Shown: one piece after another, positions 26,457-34,218 of the stretch
How positions within the stretch are numbered: the stretch's first letter is position 1
Layout of the letters: the number at the start of each line of letters is the position of its first letter
Source of the DNA: a virus
Lineage: Duplodnaviria; Caudoviricetes
Virus record (IMG/VR): IMGVR_UViG_3300020369_000012
Location: 1 to 34,563 of that record
Length of the DNA: 34,563 nt
Reading direction: 5' to 3' (one strand)
Position numbers and translations under genes: made by a program
Notes under the pieces: model-generated
Seen by the model: only the letters and a program-made list of their open reading frames with translations
Told to the model about the DNA's origin: nothing
Databases searched by the model: none

Positions 26457-27131
26457 ATGGAAACCTTAGGCAAGAGAATCGCGCGACTGCGCAAAGCAAA
26501 AGACTTATCCCAGGCAGAGCTGGCAGCAGCTTGCGGTTGGGAAAACGGCCAAGCCCGCATCGGAAACTACGAGCTCGATAAGCGCGAACCAACACTATCG
26601 AACCTGCGCACCATCGCTGACGCCCTGGGCACTACCCTCATGCAACTGGTCGAGGGCGAGACTGACCAGGCACACCAAGAAACCAACCACACGCCATCAG
26701 CGCACGACTACGCACTGGTGCCGCAGTACACCGCCAAGGTTGCAGCCGGCAACGGCCAGATGAATGAGCACGTCGAAGTAAAAGGCGGGCTTGTCTTCAA
26801 ACGGGCGTGGCTAAATCGAATGAGCCTCAGAGAGCGAAACCTCCACGTCATTTACGTTGAAGGCCACAGCATGGAGCCGACAATCAGCGACGGAGACGTG
26901 CTTCTCTTTGATGAAAGCCAGACCTCCCCGAAGGACGGCCGGATTTACGTGCTAGCCAAGCCAGACGGCCAGCTAATCATCAAGCGATTGATTCAATCCC
27001 TAACCGGCGGCTGGATCATCCGAAGCGACAACGAAGACAAGCGAACATACCCGGATCAGCCCGTAGCCGACTCAGACATCGAACACATAAGCATTGTCGG
27101 GCGCGCAGTATGGCACGGGGGAGCGCTATAA
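26457..27131 (+). CDS. cI: CI/PrtR-like repressor (HTH + S24 autopeptidase)
   Basis: HTH N-terminus, AAG cleavage site, GHSMEP Ser and IIKRL Lys. Confidence 0.95.
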   Translation: METLGKRIARLRKAKDLSQAELAAACGWENGQARIGNYELDKREPTLSNLRTIADALGTTLMQLVEGETDQAHQETNHTPSAHDYALVPQYTAKVAAGNGQMNEHVEVKGGLVFKRAWLNRMSLRERNLHVIYVEGHSMEPTISDGDVLLFDESQTSPKDGRIYVLAKPDGQLIIKRLIQSLTGGWIIRSDNEDKRTYPDQPVADSDIEHISIVGRAVWHGGAL

Positions 27132-27168
27132 ACGCCCAGAGGAAAGTAGCAAAGCAAAGGAGAGCAAC

Positions 27169-27804
27169 ATGGTCGACTTGCACCAAGAGTTCGAGAATAG
27201 CCGGATATTCCACCAAGCCCGTATTGATCGGCGCTCAGCAGACGCACTGATAGGCCTTGCTTCCGGGATCACTGCCGATGGAAAGATAAACCAGCAGGAA
27301 GCCGAGTTCCTGAAGCGCTGGATCGAAACCAACATGAACCACTATGCCGATCCAGTGGTTAACCTGCTCTATCGGCGACTGGCGGACATGCTCAGCGACA
27401 ACCACTTGGACCAGGACGAGGCCGCAGAGCTACTGGATATGCTCAAGCAATTCACAGGCATCGAACTGGCAGCCGCCACCCCACTTCAGCGCCCTACCAC
27501 ACTCCCACTTAACGACCCCGCCCCCGATCTGGAATGCACCGATAGAGCGTTCCTTTTCACCGGGGTAATGGCATTCGGCCCAAGAAAGGATTGCGAGGCC
27601 ATAGTTATCAATCTCGGCGGACGAATAGCACCATCGGTCAGCAAGAAAGTGGACTTCCTTGTGGTTGGAACTATCGGCAACGACCAGTGGCTGCACAGCA
27701 GCTACGGCACCAAAATCAAGAAGGCCGTTGAACTAAGAGAAGCCGGAAACCCTATCGCAATAATCAGCGAGGAGCACTGGCAAAACACCCTGCTGGGAAA
27801 ATAA
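27169..27804 (+). CDS. TerB-like/BRCT-domain accessory protein
   Basis: GITADGKINQQEAEFL N-terminus; FLFTG..GG..SVSKKVDFLVVG..KIKKA..IISEEHW BRCT motif; SD AAGGAG. Confidence 0.8.
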   Translation: MVDLHQEFENSRIFHQARIDRRSADALIGLASGITADGKINQQEAEFLKRWIETNMNHYADPVVNLLYRRLADMLSDNHLDQDEAAELLDMLKQFTGIELAAATPLQRPTTLPLNDPAPDLECTDRAFLFTGVMAFGPRKDCEAIVINLGGRIAPSVSKKVDFLVVGTIGNDQWLHSSYGTKIKKAVELREAGNPIAIISEEHWQNTLLGK

Positions 27805-27848
27805 AACAACAAATCGTCATTGACCGTATAACAACACTGCGTTATAAA
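27803..27848 (+). promoter_or_regulatory. pL-like early promoter with two operators
   Basis: TTGACC(27820-25)-17-TATAAA(27843-48); AAAACAACAAATCGTCAT (27803-20) and ATAACAACACTGCGTTAT (27828-45) resemble the OR palindromes. Confidence 0.75.
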
Positions 27849-27882
27849 TTGCCTCGTCTACCACCACAGACGAGGCAATGTC

Positions 27883-28047
27883 ATGTCTACCACCACAGTC
27901 CATGCACTCCCATCGTGCGACCACCACCGCATCTTTGAGATCCGCCGCGCACTGACCGGCACCAACTGCAAGCTGGTACTGGCCAAGCGCAAACCCGTCA
28001 GCCGTACCACCACCCAGGGCAACCCGTGGGGAGGTGATGCAGCATGA
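27883..28047 (+). CDS. 54-aa basic first gene of early operon (below ORF-track cutoff)
   Basis: MSTTTVHALPSCDHHRIFEIRRALTGTNCKLVLAKRKPVSRTTTQGNPWGGDAA; SD GAGG; stop overlaps next ATG. Confidence 0.7.
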   Translation: MSTTTVHALPSCDHHRIFEIRRALTGTNCKLVLAKRKPVSRTTTQGNPWGGDAA

Positions 28048-28619
28048 ACCACCTGAACTTCACCCTCCCGCAGAACAGCATCACCCTGCTTGGTGCTCAA
28101 CTCGCTTTAAATGGCAGCTTCCACCACAAGCTGCAGGCCGAAGGCGGCGGATTTATCCCCGTTGATGTGATCTTTGAGCAAGGCGACAACCATGCCGAGG
28201 TCACTGTGCGCGTTGGCGACTCAGTTAACAGCGCGACCTTTGAGCGGCACATGCACTCCCGCGCAAAGCTGGTGCGCTTCATCGAAGACGCCGTGAACGA
28301 GCGGCTGGATAACGCCCGGCTTGGCCCCGTGCCGGTGATCAACCTGCAGCACCACCACCCGATGCTCAGCCGCCAGCAACAGCTGCAGCTGGCGGATCTG
28401 GCCGAACGCGGCGGCTTTGCTGACTTCCAGATCGACCACCTGCTGATCAAGGTCGCGGTCAACCCCTGCCCCGTACCGCCGCTGCCCCACGCAATCATCG
28501 CGTGCGAGCAGGTGGTGGTCTCCGTGGTCACCAGCCACAACCACTCGGCCTGCAGTGCGCGCTTGGTCAGCAGCATCAACGACTTGGCCAACGCCATGCT
28601 CAGCCAAGCGGCAGCGTAA
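28044..28619 (+). CDS. Hypothetical phage protein
   Basis: SD GGAGGT, ATGA-coupled. Confidence 0.7.
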   Translation: MNHLNFTLPQNSITLLGAQLALNGSFHHKLQAEGGGFIPVDVIFEQGDNHAEVTVRVGDSVNSATFERHMHSRAKLVRFIEDAVNERLDNARLGPVPVINLQHHHPMLSRQQQLQLADLAERGGFADFQIDHLLIKVAVNPCPVPPLPHAIIACEQVVVSVVTSHNHSACSARLVSSINDLANAMLSQAAA

Positions 28620-28630
28620 GGGGGTGATCC

Positions 28631-28915
28631 GTGATCCGCGACCTCAAACACGCTGCCGAGCAACTGGGCACCACTCGGCCAAAGCTCATCACCATGATGA
28701 AAAAGGCCGGGCTGCTGAACGCCCAAAACCTGCCCATGCACCCGCAGCGCGACCGCTTCTACCTCATCGAGCACGAGGGCAACTGGTACCACCCCGTCTG
28801 CGGCATGCAGTACAGCAAGAGCACCAGGGTGACGCAGGCCGGTATCAACTGGCTGGCCGACAAGCTGGGGCTTGAGCGCCCACCTGTACCAGAGGATCGG
28901 CGCGGTGTGGCCTAG
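28631..28915 (+). CDS. Antirepressor KilA-C (ANT) domain protein
   Basis: LKHAAEQLGT..KL..M...GLL..QNLP..TRVTQAGINWLA. Confidence 0.75.
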   Translation: MIRDLKHAAEQLGTTRPKLITMMKKAGLLNAQNLPMHPQRDRFYLIEHEGNWYHPVCGMQYSKSTRVTQAGINWLADKLGLERPPVPEDRRGVA

Positions 28916-29063
28916 ACAGTACGCGGCACAGATTCTGGCGCTGGAGAACAAGGAAGCGCGCCAGAAGGCGCTGACCGAGGTGCCAGACGAATACCGCGAG
29001 CTGGTTAAAACCCATGTGATGACGGCCTGGCACCACCCCAGAGCCAACAAGAAGAGCAAGTGA
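28872..29063 (+). CDS. Hypothetical phage protein
   Basis: Fills operon gap; stop overlaps next start; start uncertain. Confidence 0.55.
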   Translation: MSAHLYQRIGAVWPRQYAAQILALENKEARQKALTEVPDEYRELVKTHVMTAWHHPRANKKSK

Positions 29064-29392
29064 CCATGAGCGATGCCGACAACCAACGGCTCCTGCCGTT
29101 CAAGCCAGCGCCCGCCGCCGACACGCTGGAACGCCTGTTCCGCGTGTTCGGTGACGAGCTGATCCCTACCGAGGAAGTACGCGCCAAGTACTTCCGCACC
29201 ACCAACAAAGACACCTTTGGCGCGGCCCTGGGCACCGAGCGCATCCCGCTGCCGGTGACCACGCTGGACAACAGCCAGAAGGCCGCGAAGTTCATCAACA
29301 TCCGCCACCTGGCCGCGTACATCGAGCAGCGCGCCTGGGAAGCGGACCAGCAACTGGCAGCCCGGTGCGAACCGGACAGCCAAACCGCCTGA
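29060..29392 (+). CDS. prtN: Pyocin activator PrtN-family protein
   Basis: LIPTEEVRAKYF, IPLPVTTLDNSQKAAKFINIRHLAAYIE. Confidence 0.85.
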   Translation: MTMSDADNQRLLPFKPAPAADTLERLFRVFGDELIPTEEVRAKYFRTTNKDTFGAALGTERIPLPVTTLDNSQKAAKFINIRHLAAYIEQRAWEADQQLAARCEPDSQTA

Positions 29393-29430
29393 CTGCCACC
29401 ACCAGTCAGACCACCACAGAGGAAGCAACC

Positions 29431-29862
29431 ATGAACCAAGAGATTGTTATGGCGGTATCCATCGGCATCTGCCTGCTGTCGTACCTGTTCGGCATCCTGA
29501 CGGGCAAGGTCGCAGCCAGGGAACACTGGCGCGGGCAGATTGAGCAGCAGCGCAAACAGCTGCTCAGCCAACGGCGCGAAACGCATCAGCTGGAAGTGGA
29601 GCACAAGCGCCTGCAGGCCGAGCACGCCGCACTGGTGAGCCGAGTCCAGCACGAGCGGTACACCCTGCTGCGCGGCGCTCATGAGCTGCGGCTGGCCAGC
29701 AACACCTTCAACGCGCTCAACTCCCCAGAGCACGCCCAGACCGCCATGCAAGTTGGCCTTGAGCTGCAGGCGATGGCTAACAAAGGCATCACCACCGAGC
29801 AGGCCGCGAACGTGGAGCCTGAGCTGCCGAACCAGTGCGAAGAAATGGGGGTGGCGGCATGA
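29431..29862 (+). CDS. Hypothetical protein, N-terminal TM plus coiled coil
   Basis: SD GAGGA; hydrophobic N-terminus. Confidence 0.7.
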   Translation: MNQEIVMAVSIGICLLSYLFGILTGKVAAREHWRGQIEQQRKQLLSQRRETHQLEVEHKRLQAEHAALVSRVQHERYTLLRGAHELRLASNTFNALNSPEHAQTAMQVGLELQAMANKGITTEQAANVEPELPNQCEEMGVAA

Positions 29863-30221
29863 ACCACATCCACCAAGCAGCCATCAGCGCTGCAGCACAG
29901 GCAATCGCCGTGGCCGACGCAGCACACCAGCAAGCCCAGACAGAAGGGATGCCAGCACTGATCCGCCTTGTCGACATTGCTCGCAAGCGCACCGGTCAGA
30001 GCGCCGTGATCGGCCGGTTTCTGCTGGGCCTGTACAACGGCCCGGAGAACCCATTTGATCTGACCGAACTGCGCTGCCTTGATCATGAGCTGTTCAACGA
30101 CTGCCTGCGCGTTCTGCGCATGGACAACCAGCCCACGCACGAGGTGCACGAGTACCTGCCCAACGGCTCCAGCATCTTTGCCGAGCTGCACCAAGCCTAC
30201 GGTAAAGGGGGTGCGGCATGA
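29859..30221 (+). CDS. Conserved hypothetical phage protein
   Basis: TGQSAVIGRFLLGLYNG..FDLTELRCLD; ATGA-coupled. Confidence 0.75.
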   Translation: MNHIHQAAISAAAQAIAVADAAHQQAQTEGMPALIRLVDIARKRTGQSAVIGRFLLGLYNGPENPFDLTELRCLDHELFNDCLRVLRMDNQPTHEVHEYLPNGSSIFAELHQAYGKGGAA

Positions 30222-30772
30222 CGTGGATTCTCACCCGTTCCGGCATCCCGTTTGACCTGCTGGAGCCTGCACCCGACATGGTGCAGCCGATGGACATTGC
30301 CCACGCGCTGGCCCACCTGTGCCGCTTCAACGGTCACACCCTGCAGCACTACTCGGTAGCCGAACACAGCATTCGTGTTGCCCAGCTGGTACCAGCAGAG
30401 CACCAGTTGGCCGCACTACTGCATGACGCCACCGAGGCTTATGTGGGGGATATGGTGCGCCCGCTTAAACAGGTCCTACCCGGTTATCAGCAGATCGAGC
30501 AGCGAGTATGGAAAGCCATCTGCCAGCGCTTTGATCTGGACCCTGTACTGCCCGAGTGCGTGCATCAGGCCGATATGGTGATGCTGGCCACTGAGCGCCG
30601 CGACCTGATGCCAGACCACCCAGCCCAATGGGAGTGCCTGGACGGCGTGGAGCCGCTGCGGGCGCGCATCGTGCCTTGCAACGCAGTCACTGCGCAGGTG
30701 CAGTACTTCAACCTGCTGATGGAGCAGCTGGCCACCACCCACCGCCGCCGCGCTACTGGGGGTGCCGCATGA
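30218..30772 (+). CDS. HD-domain phosphohydrolase (YfbR-like)
   Basis: DIAHAL..CRFNGH..YSVAEHS..LLHDATEAYVGD. Confidence 0.9.
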   Translation: MTWILTRSGIPFDLLEPAPDMVQPMDIAHALAHLCRFNGHTLQHYSVAEHSIRVAQLVPAEHQLAALLHDATEAYVGDMVRPLKQVLPGYQQIEQRVWKAICQRFDLDPVLPECVHQADMVMLATERRDLMPDHPAQWECLDGVEPLRARIVPCNAVTAQVQYFNLLMEQLATTHRRRATGGAA

Positions 30773-30966
30773 ACACGACCATCATCAACGCGCTGCAGAC
30801 AGAACGCCGCGCCCACCTGGCTAATATCCAGCTGCTGGAAGCCACCCTCCCCGACCTTGAGGCGGACAACGCCGACCGAGCGCACCGGACCATCGCGCAC
30901 CTGCGGAGCCGGGTTGAACTGATCAATGCCAAGCTGCAGCGGCCCAGCACGAGGGCGGCAGCATGA
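30769..30966 (+). CDS. Small coiled-coil hypothetical protein
   Basis: ATGA-coupled at both ends. Confidence 0.65.
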   Translation: MNTTIINALQTERRAHLANIQLLEATLPDLEADNADRAHRTIAHLRSRVELINAKLQRPSTRAAA

Positions 30967-31223
30967 CCAGCAGCACCGCAAAAGCTCCGGTCGAGATGCT
31001 GCCCGACAGCCCGACAACAAAGAGCCTCTGCCCCGCAGGGGCAGGCCTTATTGACCAGTGTGAAGCCACGAAGGGCGCGCATACCCCACCACAAGCGTGC
31101 GCCGCGCCCGCCATTGATCGAGCTACCGCAACCACCCCAGCAACGCCGCATGCGCAGCTTGCCAAGGGGTATAAGCACCCCCTGCCCGCCACCACCGGGC
31201 ACACCACAGCAGAGGAAGACGCC

Positions 31224-31619
31224 ATGACCACCACAAAAGAAACCAAAGCCGCCAAAGCAACCATCAAAGACCTGCAGAACCTCATCCGCACCCAGCACGA
31301 ATACACTGAGGGGCTGGCCGGACTGCTGCGACAGATCCGCACCGAAGGGCTGACCGACAGCCTCACCCAGCAGATTGACCAGATCCTGCAGAAGCACACC
31401 CCTTGCAGCACCTGCGGCGGCAGCGCACCGAACTGCCCGGACTGCGACGGGGCGAGCACCCAGCAGGAAACGCTGCTCCCGATTCGTCACCCAGGAACAG
31501 AGCAGCGAGCACGCGAGCTGATGGCGGCGAACCCACGATTGAGCGCCAAGAAAGCCGCCATGCAAGCCAAACGGGAAATCACCGAGGCAGGCATTCGGAA
31601 CGGAGGTGCCGCGCAATGA
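31224..31619 (+). CDS. Hypothetical protein with CxxC-x5-CxxC zinc ribbon (frame also open from 30963)
   Basis: SD GAGGA before ATG 31224; CSTCGGSAPNCPDC. Confidence 0.65.
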   Translation: MTTTKETKAAKATIKDLQNLIRTQHEYTEGLAGLLRQIRTEGLTDSLTQQIDQILQKHTPCSTCGGSAPNCPDCDGASTQQETLLPIRHPGTEQRARELMAANPRLSAKKAAMQAKREITEAGIRNGGAAQ

Positions 31620-32557
31620 CCACCAATCCCGAAACTCATACCTGCCCGGACTGCGGCTACACCTGGCAACACGGCCAGCATGGCGGCCACAGCTGCGCCA
31701 CCCACCTCGCGGCACAGCTGGAGCGGCTCAGGATCGCAGGGGAGCAAATGGTGTTCTCGCTGTGCCACGTCTCGCCAGCTCTGTTTGAACTGCATGGCCC
31801 GCGCCATGACCTACGAGCGCTGATCGACTCGGTGCGCTGCGGACTGGAGCACGCAATCACCGCCGACCCGACATGGTGCGAAACCGCAGCCAGTGAAGGC
31901 GTAACCCTCTCTGATGGGAATGTCTGGATTGCTCGCCCGACCAGCCCGCCAGTGCAGCTCAACAACATCCCAGCCAGCCCCGAGTGGAGCGCACTGCATT
32001 CGCTTGCAAAGTTGGCAGCGGACGCAAACGAGTACTGCCAGCAGATCGGCTTGGGCAAATGGGGCGAGAGCGCCACTGCGGCGCTGATTGCTGACCACAA
32101 GCGATTGAGCCAAGTCAGCCAGAGCGCAGAGGACTGCACAGAGGCAGGCGCGCAGCCGCTAACCTGCGAATGCGGCGACAGCTACCCGTCCAGCAGCTAC
32201 GGGGCAGGCTTCATCGAGGGCCGCGGCCATTGCCCGAACTGCGCCGCGGGAGCGGGTGAAATGGCATCGCTGCTGGGGGTGAGCCCTGCACCAGTTGTAA
32301 ACCAGCAGATGACAACTGAACCGGGTCCCGTTGCCCCGCTGGCACCCAAACACCAGGGCATGCGCATCAGCGCCGCCGGCATGCTCAACCGGGTTGGCGG
32401 CCGCCTCCAGTTCGGCGCACGCGAAATGCTCAAGCACCTCGAAGAAATGGCCGACCGTTACTACGCCGGAGATATCGCCGTGGTGGATGAGTTCCTGCAG
32501 ATGTACTGCCTGGACGAGAAGCGGCCGGAGCAGCAGACCGAAGGGGCGCAGCGATGA
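31616..32557 (+). CDS. Mosaic hypothetical protein with Cys/His zinc-binding motifs
   Basis: SD GGAGGT; CPDC..HSC, CEC..CPNC. Confidence 0.65.
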   Translation: MTTNPETHTCPDCGYTWQHGQHGGHSCATHLAAQLERLRIAGEQMVFSLCHVSPALFELHGPRHDLRALIDSVRCGLEHAITADPTWCETAASEGVTLSDGNVWIARPTSPPVQLNNIPASPEWSALHSLAKLAADANEYCQQIGLGKWGESATAALIADHKRLSQVSQSAEDCTEAGAQPLTCECGDSYPSSSYGAGFIEGRGHCPNCAAGAGEMASLLGVSPAPVVNQQMTTEPGPVAPLAPKHQGMRISAAGMLNRVGGRLQFGAREMLKHLEEMADRYYAGDIAVVDEFLQMYCLDEKRPEQQTEGAQR

Positions 32558-32838
32558 GCATCGACATCCCCCGCGCCTGGGAGATCGCTCGATCTGTATC
32601 TCCCGAGTATCACCACAACGCATGCAGCTTCAACGTGACCAACGGCGGCGTGTTGTGCGACTGCGACGTTATCTATAAGCACGCCGAGTATCTGGACAAG
32701 GCCAACTTTTACGGCAAGGACGGGGCAGTGCTGCAACCGACACAGCCCACACCGTGCAAAGGCTACTGCCTGACTCGGAGCGGCAACCGCACCACCGGCC
32801 AGATCCAGTGCGCAGACTGCGGGAGGCCGAAGCCATGA
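32554..32838 (+). CDS. Cys-rich hypothetical protein
   Basis: ATGA-coupled; HHNACS..LCDCD. Confidence 0.6.
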   Translation: MSIDIPRAWEIARSVSPEYHHNACSFNVTNGGVLCDCDVIYKHAEYLDKANFYGKDGAVLQPTQPTPCKGYCLTRSGNRTTGQIQCADCGRPKP

Positions 32839-33710
32839 CCACTCCCATCATCAACTCCTACTTCTGCGGGGGCGGGCTGATGGATATCGGCCTGATGAAA
32901 GCCGGCGTCACTATCGGGCAAGCCTTTGAACTGGATGGCGAGGCTTGCCGGACGTACCGCCACAACCTGGGCAACCACGTTGTGCAGTGCGATCTGGCCC
33001 ACGAACTGGTGCTGGAACAGGACAACTGCGACGGCATGGTGTTCACCTACCCCTGCACCAAGTACAGCGCCATTGCCGACATTCACGGCACACGCACCGG
33101 CGATGAGCTGTTCCTGCACGCCCTGCGCCACCTGGCGCTGGCGCGGCCGGAGTTTTATATCGTCGAGAACGTACCGGGCATGCGCGCCTTCCCCGTCGTG
33201 ATGGAAGCCATGAGCAAATTGCCTGACTACTACGTGCAGGTGCTCTGCCCGATCAAGTCGGAGACATGGCTGCCGCAGCGCCGCCACCGCCTGATCATCA
33301 TCGGCACCAAACGTCCATTTGCCGTCCGCCCCCCCGTCGCCACAAAGCCACTGACACTCAAGGACGTTCTTGAGCGAGATCCGCAGATCACCGTACCAAA
33401 GGCAGTACGCATCCGTATGACCGGCGGCTACCGTGATCGGCCAATCATTAGCGACCCGGCCAAGGGGGACATTGCCCCCACCTGCGTGGCCCACTACGCG
33501 AAGGACAAGAGCACCCGGCTGGTCGCGGACAAGCGATTCCCGCTGGGTGTGCGCCCCTACTCCGTGCGCGAGTACGCCCGCCTGCAGGGCGTGCCGGACT
33601 GGTTCACGTTCCCCGTATCGGACACCGCCGCCTACCGCCAGATCGGCAACGGAGTGAGCACCGTTGTAGGTGAGTGGGTTGGCCGGGAAATAGTGAGGTA
33701 CATGGCATGA
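32835..33710 (+). CDS. DNA (cytosine-5) methyltransferase
   Basis: FCGGG (I), YPC (IV), ENV (VI), QRRHR (VIII), REYARLQG (IX), YRQIGNGV (X). Confidence 0.9.
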   Translation: MTTPIINSYFCGGGLMDIGLMKAGVTIGQAFELDGEACRTYRHNLGNHVVQCDLAHELVLEQDNCDGMVFTYPCTKYSAIADIHGTRTGDELFLHALRHLALARPEFYIVENVPGMRAFPVVMEAMSKLPDYYVQVLCPIKSETWLPQRRHRLIIIGTKRPFAVRPPVATKPLTLKDVLERDPQITVPKAVRIRMTGGYRDRPIISDPAKGDIAPTCVAHYAKDKSTRLVADKRFPLGVRPYSVREYARLQGVPDWFTFPVSDTAAYRQIGNGVSTVVGEWVGREIVRYMA

Positions 33711-34015
33711 CCTGCCACCTACACCGCTGCACCAACCTGCCAGAGCCCGGCTACATCGAGCGAGGAACGCGCCCCAAGAAGCCAGTTCAGTGGCGGGTGA
33801 ACTACCTGATCAAAACCCCTGACGGAAAAACCCACATCGAGAACACAGTCATCAAGCAGCCGGTCACGATTCCCGAGCTGCTGGCGATCATGGACAAGAT
33901 GATCGAACGCTTTGGTGATGAAGTGGGGAACATAGCGACTCAGGTCACCTGGGACGCTTTCTCGCGGGGTGGGCATGGCAACAAGAAGAAGGGAAAGCGG
34001 AGGGCCTCAGCATGA
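33707..34015 (+). CDS. Hypothetical phage protein
   Basis: SD GAGGT; ATGA-coupled. Confidence 0.65.
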   Translation: MTCHLHRCTNLPEPGYIERGTRPKKPVQWRVNYLIKTPDGKTHIENTVIKQPVTIPELLAIMDKMIERFGDEVGNIATQVTWDAFSRGGHGNKKKGKRRASA

Positions 34016-34218
34016 GCGCCGCCAAGGTACTAGAATTTGAGGAGCTGCAGCGGATCACCGGCTATACCCGGCGCGCAGATGTGGAAAAGTCGCTACGCCG
34101 GCAGGGAATCAAAACCTTCGTTGGCCGCAATGGGCCATGGACGACCATCGATCTGGTCAACCAGGCAGGCGGGCTACGCCCAGCGGATAACGACAACTAC
34201 GGACCAGACATCGTATGA
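34012..34218 (+). CDS. xis: Excisionase-like DUF4224 protein
   Basis: LEFEELQRITGYTR..LRRQGI..GRNGPWTT; directly before integrase. Confidence 0.8.
   Translation: MSAAKVLEFEELQRITGYTRRADVEKSLRRQGIKTFVGRNGPWTTIDLVNQAGGLRPADNDNYGPDIV

Noticed and set aside
27920-28360. Additional CCACCAC runs in coding sequence
   Set aside because: Explained by Thr/His codon runs; no stem or RBS context
28097-29428. 443-aa minus-strand ORF
   Set aside because: Shadow of several coupled + strand early genes with recognisable motifs
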